Under the pieces are notes generated by a model that was given only the letters and a program-made list of their open reading frames with translations, did no database searches and was not told where the DNA came from. 32,000 nucleotides of DNA. Origin: Formosa sp. Hel1_33_131. GTDB taxonomy: Bacteria > Bacteroidota > Bacteroidia > Flavobacteriales > Flavobacteriaceae. The translations under genes and the position numbers were made by a program. This document shows, in pieces, positions 5,704-14,958 of this stretch. The stretch covers positions 2,100,001-2,132,000 of the forward strand of contig NZ_CP017260.1 of the NCBI RefSeq assembly GCF_001735745.1. Reading direction: 5' to 3'. The number at the start of each line of letters is the position of its first letter. Within the stretch, counting starts at the first letter, position 1.

Positions 5704-6612
5704 TTACAAAATCATTTCTGAATACCCAACAACCGTCGTATAACCTTTGGCCTTAAAATACTCTATAGCAGCTGCGTTTCCGGTTGCTAGGAAGAAGTCA
5801 CCACCCCAAGCGCCCAAACTCTTAATAGCGCCCTCATAATCCGAAAACAAGGCCTCTTTTAAAGGCGGTTGTTGGATGAGCGTAGAGATATAACCTTCAT
5901 GCTGTTCAATCAGCGATTCAAAGGTTTTTAAGTCTGTACAATTTAAGAGGTCTAAAGTCAAGCCATTCAGTGCCGAAAAATCAAGGGATTGATTTGCAGT
6001 CAGTGTTTTATAGGCTTGAATCCCATCTCTACTGTTTTGTTTTTGATTCCGATGCACAAAAAATAAAGCATCTGAAAATGGAGGTAAAAACTCCACTGGT
6101 TTGACCGTTGGTTTTCCTTTTTCTAACTGATATAAAACACCTGTTTCCTGTTGTGCGCAAGCAATGTCAAATCCACTGCCACCAAAAGTCAGTGCCAGTA
6201 ATTCAAAAGCATCTACTTTTGCCCATTTTGCTAAATTATTAATTAAAGTAGAGGAAGACCCCAATCCCCAATTTTCAGGAAATTCTAAGGTAGAAGTTAA
6301 TGCATAGCCTTTATGCGTTTCAAAAAGCAAAGGGTTCAACTGTTGTAAAGCGTCCAAAACTTGCACGAGACGAACGGCAATGTCTGAAGTATCTGTTGTG
6401 GATATTTTTAAAGCAGCATCAATCGTGAATTTTGCTTCAAACCAAACAGTGCCTTCATTGGAAATGCTTTTCCAAAGGATTGTATTTTCAGAAGTCGATT
6501 CAACTGATAAGGATTGCCCAAATTTAGTAGGCAATGCCAGAGCCAAAGCACCATCTAAGACCGCATATTCTGCACTGATCAATAATTTCCCATGACTGTA
6601 AAACGTTTGCAT
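5704..6612 (-). CDS. GHMP-family kinase of the mevalonate pathway (GYDIA-type; mevalonate/phosphomevalonate kinase-like)
   Basis: N-terminal HGKLLISAEYAVLDGALALALP, GHMP motif II NWGLGSSSTLINNLAKWA, and a GSGFDIACAQ block. Its start overlaps the stop of the upstream HMG-CoA reductase gene (TAATG). Confidence 0.75.
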   Translation of the reverse strand: MQTFYSHGKLLISAEYAVLDGALALALPTKFGQSLSVESTSENTILWKSISNEGTVWFEAKFTIDAALKISTTDTSDIAVRLVQVLDALQQLNPLLFETHKGYALTSTLEFPENWGLGSSSTLINNLAKWAKVDAFELLALTFGGSGFDIACAQQETGVLYQLEKGKPTVKPVEFLPPFSDALFFVHRNQKQNSRDGIQAYKTLTANQSLDFSALNGLTLDLLNCTDLKTFESLIEQHEGYISTLIQQPPLKEALFSDYEGAIKSLGAWGGDFFLATGNAAAIEYFKAKGYTTVVGYSEMIL

Positions 6613-7895
6613 TAGGCTCTTAAATTTTCAATTGCTTCCACCACCGCACTGTGGGTCACCGTATGGGTTTTGAAATGTTCGATTAAGTGTATCTTTTCAG
6701 TAGCATTCGCTTCAAATTGATTCAATATATTAAGCAAGTGCATTTTCATATGTCCTTGTTGAATGCCCGTCGTCGTGAGGGATTTTAAAGCCGCAAAATT
6801 TTGAGCCAATCCAGCCACGGCAACAATCTCCATTAATTCTTTAGCGGAAGGTTTTCCTAATAATTCCAAGGCTGTTTTTACCAGTGGATGCAAACCTGTC
6901 AGCCCACCCACAGTACCGAGCGCCAGCGGCAATTCAATCCAAAATTTAAACGCCCCATCTTCTATAGAAGCATGCGTTAAACTCGAATAACTTCCCGAGC
7001 GTGCCGCGTATGCATGTACGCCCGCTTCCACTGCTCTAAAGTCATTTCCTGTGGCTAAGACCACCGAATCTACGCCGTTCATAATTCCTTTGTTATGCGT
7101 CACTGCACGGTAAGGTTCTATTTCGGCTATGCGTACGGCTTGCAGAAAAGTATCTGCAAATTCTTGACCTGTATAGGTGTTTGTTGCGAGCGCATCTACC
7201 TTGCAACTCACTTCAGCACGTACCAAGCAATCCGGCACATAATTGGATAAAATACTCATCACCACCTGAATGTCTTTAGAACAACTTTTGAAGGTCGTTG
7301 CAATTTGCTCCAAACAAGAATTGATGAAATTTGCTCCCATGGCATCTTTCGTTTCAAAGGTGGTATGCAACTGGTAGTAGCCTGAAAGTTTTTCTGTTTT
7401 GTCCATCAATGCGATGTCTAAAATACCACCGCCACGCGCCTCCATGTTTTTGGTGATGGCTTTCGTTTCTTCGAAAAGTTGTGGTTTTATCGTTTTAAAA
7501 AGAGCTTCCAATTCAGAAAATGCTCCATGAAACATAAAATGAACCTGACCTACTTTGGTAGTCGATAGCACTTCTGCTTTGAAGCCCCCGCGTTCCATCC
7601 AAAATTTTGCAGCATTACTTGCCGCCGCAACTACCGAACTTTCTTCGATCGTCATTGGAATGACGTACATTTTATCGTTAATCAAAAAATTTGGAGCCAC
7701 TCCAAAAGGCAGGTAGAAATTAGAAATTGTATTTTCAGTAAACTCGTCATGAAGCTTTTGGAGCACTTCATCCGTATTCCAATACCGTTCCAAATCGGCT
7801 TTCGCTTTTGGATTATTTTGAAAATGATTTGCGATCAACCAATCAATTTTTTCAGCTTTTGTAAACTTTGAAAATCCAGAAACGGAATTCTCCAT
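6612..7895 (-). CDS. Hydroxymethylglutaryl-CoA reductase (class II-like)
   Basis: Motifs TIEESSVVAAASNAAK, DAMGANFINS, ALGTVGGLTGLHP and GHMKMHLLN. Preferred start is ATG 7895 (MENSVSGFSKFTKAEKIDW). The track's TTG at 7952 adds 19 implausible residues. Confidence 0.85.
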   Translation of the reverse strand: MENSVSGFSKFTKAEKIDWLIANHFQNNPKAKADLERYWNTDEVLQKLHDEFTENTISNFYLPFGVAPNFLINDKMYVIPMTIEESSVVAAASNAAKFWMERGGFKAEVLSTTKVGQVHFMFHGAFSELEALFKTIKPQLFEETKAITKNMEARGGGILDIALMDKTEKLSGYYQLHTTFETKDAMGANFINSCLEQIATTFKSCSKDIQVVMSILSNYVPDCLVRAEVSCKVDALATNTYTGQEFADTFLQAVRIAEIEPYRAVTHNKGIMNGVDSVVLATGNDFRAVEAGVHAYAARSGSYSSLTHASIEDGAFKFWIELPLALGTVGGLTGLHPLVKTALELLGKPSAKELMEIVAVAGLAQNFAALKSLTTTGIQQGHMKMHLLNILNQFEANATEKIHLIEHFKTHTVTHSAVVEAIENLRA

Positions 7896-8045
7896 GTGTG
7901 TCTGTTTTAGAAACACAAAGATACTATTCTTCATATTATTATGGAGCTGCAATTATTCTAATTGCGTATTTATCTGTTATTATCTCAGGTTTTCTGCTAA
8001 TTTTTTAGTAAACTTGACCTAATATTATCAAAAATTCTCTAAAAA

Positions 8046-10235
8046 ATGAAATCTCCTTTTATCTACCTACTCAGTTGTCTGTTTATTTTGACAGCGACCG
8101 CTCAAAAGAAAACCATTTCATTGGATCAAATTTGGGATGGCACTTTCAGAACGCAGGGCATGACCGCTTTGCATTCGATGAACAATGGACAGCAATATTC
8201 AGTTTTGAATTTTGACAGATCGGCACGATCGACTTCCATTGATTTATACGATTACAAAACTTTATCCAAAGTAAAAACCATTGCAAGCTCTCAATCGATG
8301 GATGCAATTCCGTATTTCACAAATTACACGTTTAGTGACGATGAGCGTCAAGTGATTTTAGAAACCGAAACAGAACCTATATTTCGGTATTCTGCTTTCG
8401 GAATTTTTTATGTATATAATATCAATTCTGAAAGTCTCGAAAAAATTTCTGAAGATAAAATTCAAGAACCTGCTTTTTCTCCAGATGGCACCAAAGTCGC
8501 TTATGGACGAAAGAACAATATATTTATAAAAGACCTTATCTCTGGAACCACAAAACAAATCACCTTTGATGGAGAGAAAAACAAAATCATTAATGGAATT
8601 ACGGATTGGGTTTACGAGGAAGAATTTGCTTTCGTAAGGGCTTTTGAGTGGAATGCTTCCAGCAATAAAATTGCGTTTATTCGTTTTGACGAAACCGAAG
8701 TTCCTGAATTTTCAATGGATATTTATGGGACTGACTTGTATCAAACTCAAGAAGTATTCAAGTACCCGAAAGCAGGGGAGAAAAATGCTGAAGTATCACT
8801 TCATTTCTACGATTTAAGCGCGGATCAAATTTCAACGGTTGCATTGTCTAAGGACTATAACGATTTTTATATTCCTCGAATTAAATGGACAAAAGATGCA
8901 AATATTCTGTCCGCTCAATATATGAACAGGCATCAAAATACTTTGGACCTTTGGATGATCAATCCAACAACGAACAAAGCCGATTTAGTGCTTTCTGAAA
9001 AAGACGACGCCTATGTGGATGTGACGGATAATTTGACGTTTCTAAAAGACTACAGCTTTATCTGGACCAGCGAAAAAGATGGGTACAATCATATTTATCA
9101 CTACACCAAAGAAGGGAAGTTAAAAAATCAAGTCACAAAAGGCAACTGGGAAGTCACTGCCTATTATGGGTACAATGAATCAGCTAAAACTATTTATTAT
9201 CAATCGGTAGAAAATGGTTCTATCAATCGAGATATCTATTCAATCCGATTGAATGGTAAAAACAAAAAACGACTCTCTTTAGAGGAAGGAACAAATGATG
9301 CTTCTTTTAGTGCAGATTTCACCTACTTTATCAAAACCTATTCCAATGCTACCACGCCTCAAAAATTTACATTAAACGATTCTAAATCCGGCAGACTGGT
9401 TAAAAATATCAAAGACAATTCGGCACTTTTAGAAACACTAGGGACTTATAAGTTTTCTAACAAAGAATTCAGTACCATTAACGTCAATGGAAACGATTTG
9501 AATATGTGGATGCTCAAACCCGCCGATTTTGATCCGTCAAAATCCTACCCACTTTTAATGTTTCAATACTCAGGGCCGGGGTCGCAACAAGTAGCTAACA
9601 GATGGTACAGTTCACGCGATTATTGGCATCAATATTTAGCCCAACAAGGTTATATTGTGGCTTGTGTAGATGGACGAGGAACAGGCTTCAAAGGAGCCGA
9701 TTTCAAAAAAATGACCTATTTAAATCTAGTCAAATACGAAACTGAAGATCAAATTCAAGCCGCAAAACAAATTTCAGAGTTATCCTATATAGACGAAAGT
9801 CGCATTGGAATTTGGGGGTGGAGTTACGGCGGTCATATGAGTACCAATTGTTTACTGAAAGGGAACGATGTTTTTAAAATGGCCATTGCGGTTGCTCCGG
9901 TGACAAGCTGGCGTTTTTACGACACTATTTATACTGAACGTTTTATGCGAACGCCTCAAGAAAATCCAAATGGATACGATGAAAACTCTCCATTTAATTA
10001 TCCAGAATTGTTAAAAGGCGATTACCTTTTAGTGCATGGCTCGGGTGATGACAACGTGCATGTACAACACACGATGCGCATGGTAGAAGCTTTGATTCAA
10101 GCGGACAAACAATTTGATTGGGCCATTTATCCCGATAAAAACCACGGCATCTATGGCGGAAATACCACCATGCATTTATACACTAAGATGACCAATTTTT
10201 TACATGAAAAATTAGGCGATAAACGAATGAACTAA
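8046..10235 (+). CDS. Dipeptidyl-peptidase IV (S9B serine peptidase), secreted
   Basis: Signal peptide MKSPFIYLLSCLFILTATAQ, a DPP-IV N-terminal beta-propeller region, the catalytic nucleophile motif GIWGWSYGGHMS, and later GSGDDNVH and a conserved His (KNHGI). Confidence 0.9.
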   Translation: MKSPFIYLLSCLFILTATAQKKTISLDQIWDGTFRTQGMTALHSMNNGQQYSVLNFDRSARSTSIDLYDYKTLSKVKTIASSQSMDAIPYFTNYTFSDDERQVILETETEPIFRYSAFGIFYVYNINSESLEKISEDKIQEPAFSPDGTKVAYGRKNNIFIKDLISGTTKQITFDGEKNKIINGITDWVYEEEFAFVRAFEWNASSNKIAFIRFDETEVPEFSMDIYGTDLYQTQEVFKYPKAGEKNAEVSLHFYDLSADQISTVALSKDYNDFYIPRIKWTKDANILSAQYMNRHQNTLDLWMINPTTNKADLVLSEKDDAYVDVTDNLTFLKDYSFIWTSEKDGYNHIYHYTKEGKLKNQVTKGNWEVTAYYGYNESAKTIYYQSVENGSINRDIYSIRLNGKNKKRLSLEEGTNDASFSADFTYFIKTYSNATTPQKFTLNDSKSGRLVKNIKDNSALLETLGTYKFSNKEFSTINVNGNDLNMWMLKPADFDPSKSYPLLMFQYSGPGSQQVANRWYSSRDYWHQYLAQQGYIVACVDGRGTGFKGADFKKMTYLNLVKYETEDQIQAAKQISELSYIDESRIGIWGWSYGGHMSTNCLLKGNDVFKMAIAVAPVTSWRFYDTIYTERFMRTPQENPNGYDENSPFNYPELLKGDYLLVHGSGDDNVHVQHTMRMVEALIQADKQFDWAIYPDKNHGIYGGNTTMHLYTKMTNFLHEKLGDKRMN

Positions 10236-10274
10236 AATTAACCAATAAACAATTTACTAACTAACATTAAATTT

Positions 10275-11813
10275 ATGTCAACTACAACTACTGCAAATCA
10301 AAAAGAACTCTGGGGACACCCCGTTGGATTATATGTACTATTTTTCACGGAGATGTGGGAACGGTTTTCTTACTATGGAATGCGCGCTATCTTGGTTATT
10401 TATATGATTGCTGAAGCCTCTCACATAGATGGCCCTGGATTGAGTTGGTCAAAACTTGAAGCGTATCAACTGTATGGTTGGTATGTTATGTTGGTATATG
10501 TAATATCAATTCCTGGAGGTATTTTAGCCGATAAAGTCTTGGGTCAGAGAAAAACGGTTATGCTTGGCGCTGTCATTTTATGTTTAGGTCATGGAACCTT
10601 AGCTATTGAGGCCGAATGGGCATTCTTTACAGGTTTGAGTTTGATTATTTTAGGAGTCGGTTGTTTAAAACCTAATATCTCCACAATGGTTGGAGGTCTT
10701 TATAAAAAAGGGGACATAAGACGTGATAAAGGGTTTAGTATTTTCTATATCGGAATTAATTTAGGTTCTTTATTAGCAACGTCCGTTATCGGACTTGTTG
10801 TAGCCAAATGGGGATGGCATGCTGGTTTTGGTTTAGCCGGAATTGCAATGTTATTAGGTTTACTGGTGTATGTTTGGGGACAAAAATACATTAGTCATGT
10901 AGGAAATAAACCTACAGTTGAAGAAATGAAAAATGATGTTTCTTTAGTTAAAATATTCTCAAATATTTTTAAATCACCTGCTCAATTAGCAGTTCTAGTC
11001 ATTTTATTAGCACTGTCTCTATACTCAGGATTTACTTTTGAAGGCGTTGACCATTGGGGTTATGGAGCTTTGTTTATCTTCCTTTCATTTGTTGTAGGAT
11101 TATTAATGATGATTTTTAAAAGTTTAGAAACACAAATATTAAAAGACCGTTTTTTAGTCTTATTACTTTCTTTTTTATTAGTCATTGTTTTCTGGGGCGC
11201 TTTTGAGCAAGCAGGTGGATTAATGAGTGTTTACACAGAAACAAAAACAGATAGAATGCTACTTGGCTACTTAATACCAACGCCAATGTTTCAAGGTTTA
11301 AATGCTGGATTTATCATATTACTGGCCGTTTGGGTCGCAAACATTTGGGCAAAACGAAAACTTAAAAACAAAGAAGCCTCCTCTTTATTTAAAATGGCAA
11401 CGGGAACAATAATTATGGGCTTAGGGTTTGTATTTATGATTTTAGCCGTAAGAGAATACGATGCGAACGGAAGTTCTGGAATGCAATGGTTGGTTCTAGC
11501 TTATTTATTCCATACCATTGGAGAGTTGTGTTCTTCTCCTGTATCCTTATCATTCGTAACCAAACTAGCACCCGTTAAATATGCATCTTTAATGATGGGA
11601 CTGTATTTTGCAGCCACTGGACTTGGAGGTAAAGTTGCAGGTATTTTAGGTGAGAAATCAGAACACTTTGGAGAGTACACTATCTTTACTGGAATTGTAA
11701 TCTTTACAGTAGCCTTTGGATTATTAGTAATTGCATTACTGAAACCATTAAAACGTTTAACGCATGGTGCCGAAGACAACGAAAGACTGTTAGACGCTTC
11801 AATCGCAGAATAA
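10275..11813 (+). CDS. POT/PTR2-family proton-dependent di/tripeptide transporter (512 aa)
   Basis: N-terminal signature GHPVGLYVLFFTEMWERFSYYGMRAIL, multiple TM segments, and a second PTR2 block (FSIFYIGINLGS). Confidence 0.9.
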   Translation: MSTTTTANQKELWGHPVGLYVLFFTEMWERFSYYGMRAILVIYMIAEASHIDGPGLSWSKLEAYQLYGWYVMLVYVISIPGGILADKVLGQRKTVMLGAVILCLGHGTLAIEAEWAFFTGLSLIILGVGCLKPNISTMVGGLYKKGDIRRDKGFSIFYIGINLGSLLATSVIGLVVAKWGWHAGFGLAGIAMLLGLLVYVWGQKYISHVGNKPTVEEMKNDVSLVKIFSNIFKSPAQLAVLVILLALSLYSGFTFEGVDHWGYGALFIFLSFVVGLLMMIFKSLETQILKDRFLVLLLSFLLVIVFWGAFEQAGGLMSVYTETKTDRMLLGYLIPTPMFQGLNAGFIILLAVWVANIWAKRKLKNKEASSLFKMATGTIIMGLGFVFMILAVREYDANGSSGMQWLVLAYLFHTIGELCSSPVSLSFVTKLAPVKYASLMMGLYFAATGLGGKVAGILGEKSEHFGEYTIFTGIVIFTVAFGLLVIALLKPLKRLTHGAEDNERLLDASIAE

Positions 11814-11828
11814 CATAAAACATTACAA

Positions 11829-11862
11829 ACCTCATAGATCATTTTCTATGAGGTTTTTTTTT
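11829..11862 (+). terminator. Rho-independent terminator after the first POT gene
   Basis: ACCTCATAGA-tcatttt-CTATGAGGT hairpin followed by a T9 run, beginning 16 nt after the stop. Confidence 0.8.
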
Positions 11863-11887
11863 GCAAAGTCGTTCGTAATTTAAATAC

Positions 11888-12442
11888 ATGGACAAAACCG
11901 AAATACTTACTGAAAGAATAAAATTAAGATTGATCGACGTATTAGATTTAGAGTCAATCCACAATCTACATTCTTTGCCAGAAACAGATGCCTATAATGC
12001 GTTGGGAATTCCAGAAAATATTGAAGAAACCAAGTCCATAATCGAACCGTGGATTTTAGAGAATCAATTGAATGAAATAAAAAATTATACGTTTGCAATT
12101 GACAACAAATCAAACGGAACATTCATGGGTTTGTTTGGACTAAAACTCGGCAATAAGAAATACAAAAGAGCTGAGGTCTGGTATAAAATACATTCAGATT
12201 ATTGGAACAAAGGCTACGCAACAGAATCGTTAAAAGCAATCCTAAATTTTGGTTTTGAGACGCTCAAATTACACCGCATTGAAGCCGGCTGTGCAGTAGA
12301 TAATACAGCCTCTTTTAAAGTTTTAGAGAAAGCAGGAATGATACGAGAAGGACGCCTAAGACAAGTATTGCCTTTGAAATCAGGGTGGTCGGATAATTTT
12401 GAATATTCAATCCTTGAAACTGACGAAAGAAAGAAAAAATAA
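11888..12442 (+). CDS. GNAT-family N-acetyltransferase (RimJ/RimL-like)
   Basis: A 184-aa protein. TERIKLRLIDVLDLESIHNL, FAIDNKSNGTFMGLFGL, WNKGYATESLKAILNFGFETLKLHRIEAGCAVDNTASFKVLEKAGMIREG is the typical Acetyltransf_3 pattern. Confidence 0.8.
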   Translation: MDKTEILTERIKLRLIDVLDLESIHNLHSLPETDAYNALGIPENIEETKSIIEPWILENQLNEIKNYTFAIDNKSNGTFMGLFGLKLGNKKYKRAEVWYKIHSDYWNKGYATESLKAILNFGFETLKLHRIEAGCAVDNTASFKVLEKAGMIREGRLRQVLPLKSGWSDNFEYSILETDERKKK

Positions 12443-12482
12443 ATTTTATTCAAAGTGTCTAATAGTGAATCGAATTTAGTAA

Positions 12483-12517
12483 ATTAACCAATTAACCAAT
12501 TAACCAATTAACCAATT
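12483..12517. repeat. Octanucleotide microsatellite (ATTAACCA) x 4.4 abutting the start codon of the second POT gene
   Basis: Perfect units at 12483-12490, 12491-12498, 12499-12506 and 12507-12514, then ATT (12515-12517) directly followed by ATG 12518. Confidence 0.95.
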
Positions 12518-14266
12518 ATGAGTATTGATATTAATGACATGTTCAAAGACAAAGTCTTGGGGCATCCAGCGGGACTTTTTGTATTATTTTTTACCGAGAT
12601 GTGGGAACGTTTTTCCTACTACGGAATGCGAGCCTTGCTCGTTATGTTTTTCACCGCATCACTCCTTGATGGTGGCTGGGGCTGGCCTCGTGAGCATGCC
12701 TATGCAATTTTTGGTACTTACACCTCACTGGTCTATTTATCGACCCTATTAGGAGGCTATTTTGCAGATAAAAAAATTGGCTATCGCTACGCCGTTGTCA
12801 TCGGTGCATTACTCATGACATTGGGCCACGGCGCCATGGCAATTGAAACACCGTTTTTCATCTATTTAGGGCTGACCTTATTAGTCTTTGGAAGTGGGTT
12901 TTTTAAACCAAACATGACCTCAATCATCTCTGAAATGTACAAAGGAAAAGACGAGAAAAAAGATGGAGCTTACACCATTTTTTATATGGGTGTCAATGCA
13001 GGTGCTTTTTTAGGAATTCTGTTGTGTGGATATCTAGGTGAACAAGTAGGCTGGCGTTGGGGCTTTGGCTTGGCAGGAATTTTCATGTTGTTTGGACTCC
13101 TTCAATTTTGGTTTGCTCAAAACATTTTTGGCGATATCGGAACAAAACCTGTAAAGGTGGATACTGCAGCGATAGAGCTCAGTGCAGACGAGCCGAAGCT
13201 CAACCCGTTTACACAGCTTCAATTAGTATTGATAGCAGTCGCAGGACTTTTGGGGATCTCGTGGATTTTTAACGATCCCATCTCTAAAATATCAGAAGGC
13301 GCTTATAATTTATTTGATTTTAGCATGTTTGGAATGGAAGGTTCTAACCTCGCAATTCTATCCGCTTTAGGGCTGTTTGTGTTGCTGTTAGTGATCCGAA
13401 TTCCTAAGTACGACAGAATCACACGCGACCGTATGTTGGCCGTGATGTTTTTCGCCTTTATCACGATTTTCTTTTGGGCTATTTTTGAACAAGCACCAAG
13501 TTCCTTAACCATTTTTGCACGGGATTATACCCAGCGCATCCTAGAAGGAAATTCAGCCTTTATTTTTAAAATTGTCAATACCCTTATGACCGTCATTCCT
13601 TTGGGGATTATCACTGGGGTTTTATGGTTACTATTCAAAAAAACATTTTCAAAATATGCACTCTCAAATATCTTTTTAGCGGTTAGTTTTATCATCATTT
13701 GGGCCATCGCCCTTTGGATGCTATCCGTTGAATTCGGAAAAGAAATTGCAGAAGTACCCGCCTCTTGGTTTGGGGTTTTAAACTCCTTGTTCATCATTGC
13801 GTTTGCACCCTTATTTTCGAGGTGGTGGGAAAGTAAATACAATCCAAATGCCAACATGAAATATGCGATAGGAATGGTTTTATTAGGAATCGGAATGGCC
13901 TGTGTTGCCATTGGCGCATCGTCTATTGAGCCCGGAGCAAAAACAGCTTCTGTCAGTATGATTTGGTTGATTATGGTGTACTTCTTTCATACCATGGGCG
14001 AATTGTGTATTTCACCAGTTGCCTTGTCTTACGTCAGTAAATTAGTTCCAGGCCGCATGATTGCCATGATGTTTGGAATCTGGTATTTAGCTGTTGCAAT
14101 TGGAATGAAGTTAGCCGGAGTGTTTGGAGAAGCGTCTGAAGGCATTGCCCAATCTGAAGGTTTGAGCTATTTCTTCTGGATTTTAACAGCAGTCGCTGTT
14201 GGACTCGGAGTACTGTCTGCGCTACTATATCCTGTAATTAAGAAATTAATGCATGGTGTTCGTTAA
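12518..14266 (+). CDS. POT/PTR2-family proton-dependent di/tripeptide transporter (582 aa, long form)
   Basis: GHPAGLFVLFFTEMWERFSYYGMRALL signature and FTIFYMGVNAGAF block. It has about 14 hydrophobic segments. It is a paralogue of 10275-11813. Confidence 0.9.
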   Translation: MSIDINDMFKDKVLGHPAGLFVLFFTEMWERFSYYGMRALLVMFFTASLLDGGWGWPREHAYAIFGTYTSLVYLSTLLGGYFADKKIGYRYAVVIGALLMTLGHGAMAIETPFFIYLGLTLLVFGSGFFKPNMTSIISEMYKGKDEKKDGAYTIFYMGVNAGAFLGILLCGYLGEQVGWRWGFGLAGIFMLFGLLQFWFAQNIFGDIGTKPVKVDTAAIELSADEPKLNPFTQLQLVLIAVAGLLGISWIFNDPISKISEGAYNLFDFSMFGMEGSNLAILSALGLFVLLLVIRIPKYDRITRDRMLAVMFFAFITIFFWAIFEQAPSSLTIFARDYTQRILEGNSAFIFKIVNTLMTVIPLGIITGVLWLLFKKTFSKYALSNIFLAVSFIIIWAIALWMLSVEFGKEIAEVPASWFGVLNSLFIIAFAPLFSRWWESKYNPNANMKYAIGMVLLGIGMACVAIGASSIEPGAKTASVSMIWLIMVYFFHTMGELCISPVALSYVSKLVPGRMIAMMFGIWYLAVAIGMKLAGVFGEASEGIAQSEGLSYFFWILTAVAVGLGVLSALLYPVIKKLMHGVR

Positions 14267-14347
14267 TTTTGGTATTATATTTGTTACCTATTAAAAAAAT
14301 ATAAAAATGAACCGAGCATGTTAAAGTGTTGTCATTTAGGGAAATGA

Positions 14348-14380
14348 TTAATAGCGAATCTGCCTGCGGCAGGCAGGCAC
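14348..14380. repeat. GC-rich palindromic element related to part of island repeat D
   Basis: TAGCGAATCTGCCTGCGGCAGGCAGGCAC. The stem is CTGCCTG-cgg-CAGGCAG. The 17-mer TGCCTGCGGCAGGCAGG (14361-14377) matches 5600-5616 at 16/17 positions. In both places it is preceded by TAGCGAA. Confidence 0.7.
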
Positions 14381-14412
14381 ATGTGACCGTTAAAAACAAT
14401 AAAAATAAACAG

Positions 14413-14958
14413 ATGAAAAAATGTATCATAGTTGTAGTTCTCTTATTGGGGACTACAACACTTTTTGCACAAACTATCAATTGGGTAAGTATGGACGAAG
14501 CCCTTGCATTGCAACAAAAAGCACCTAAAAAAATTCTGATTGATATGTACACCTCTTGGTGTGGACCTTGCAAAATGTTGGATAGAAATACCTTCACCAA
14601 TAAAGACTTGATTGCTTTTGTCAACGAACATTATTACGCAGTTAAATTCAATGCAGAAGGGAATGAGGTTGTCAATTTTAAAGATCAAAAATTTTCAAAT
14701 CCAAATTATAAACCTGAGATGGCCAAACGCCGAAATAGCCAACACGAACTGACGCGCTTTTTAGGAGTCAACGCCTATCCAACCATGGTGTTTTTAGGCT
14801 TAGATGCAGAATTACTCGCTCCAATTCCCGGATATCAAACAGCACAGCAACTGGAATTGTATTTGAAATTATTTAAAGACGATACCTATAAAGAGATGAA
14901 CAACCAAGAGGCATTTAATGGCTACTACAAAGCGTTTGTGCCTTCTTTTATGCCTTAG
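14413..14958 (+). CDS. Secreted thioredoxin-fold protein (CxxC)
   Basis: The ATG at 14413 gives a signal peptide, MKKCIIVVVLLLGTTTLFAQ. The active site is SWCGPCK. The track's upstream extension (14326) reads through the palindromic repeat and is rejected. Confidence 0.85.
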   Translation: MKKCIIVVVLLLGTTTLFAQTINWVSMDEALALQQKAPKKILIDMYTSWCGPCKMLDRNTFTNKDLIAFVNEHYYAVKFNAEGNEVVNFKDQKFSNPNYKPEMAKRRNSQHELTRFLGVNAYPTMVFLGLDAELLAPIPGYQTAQQLELYLKLFKDDTYKEMNNQEAFNGYYKAFVPSFMP

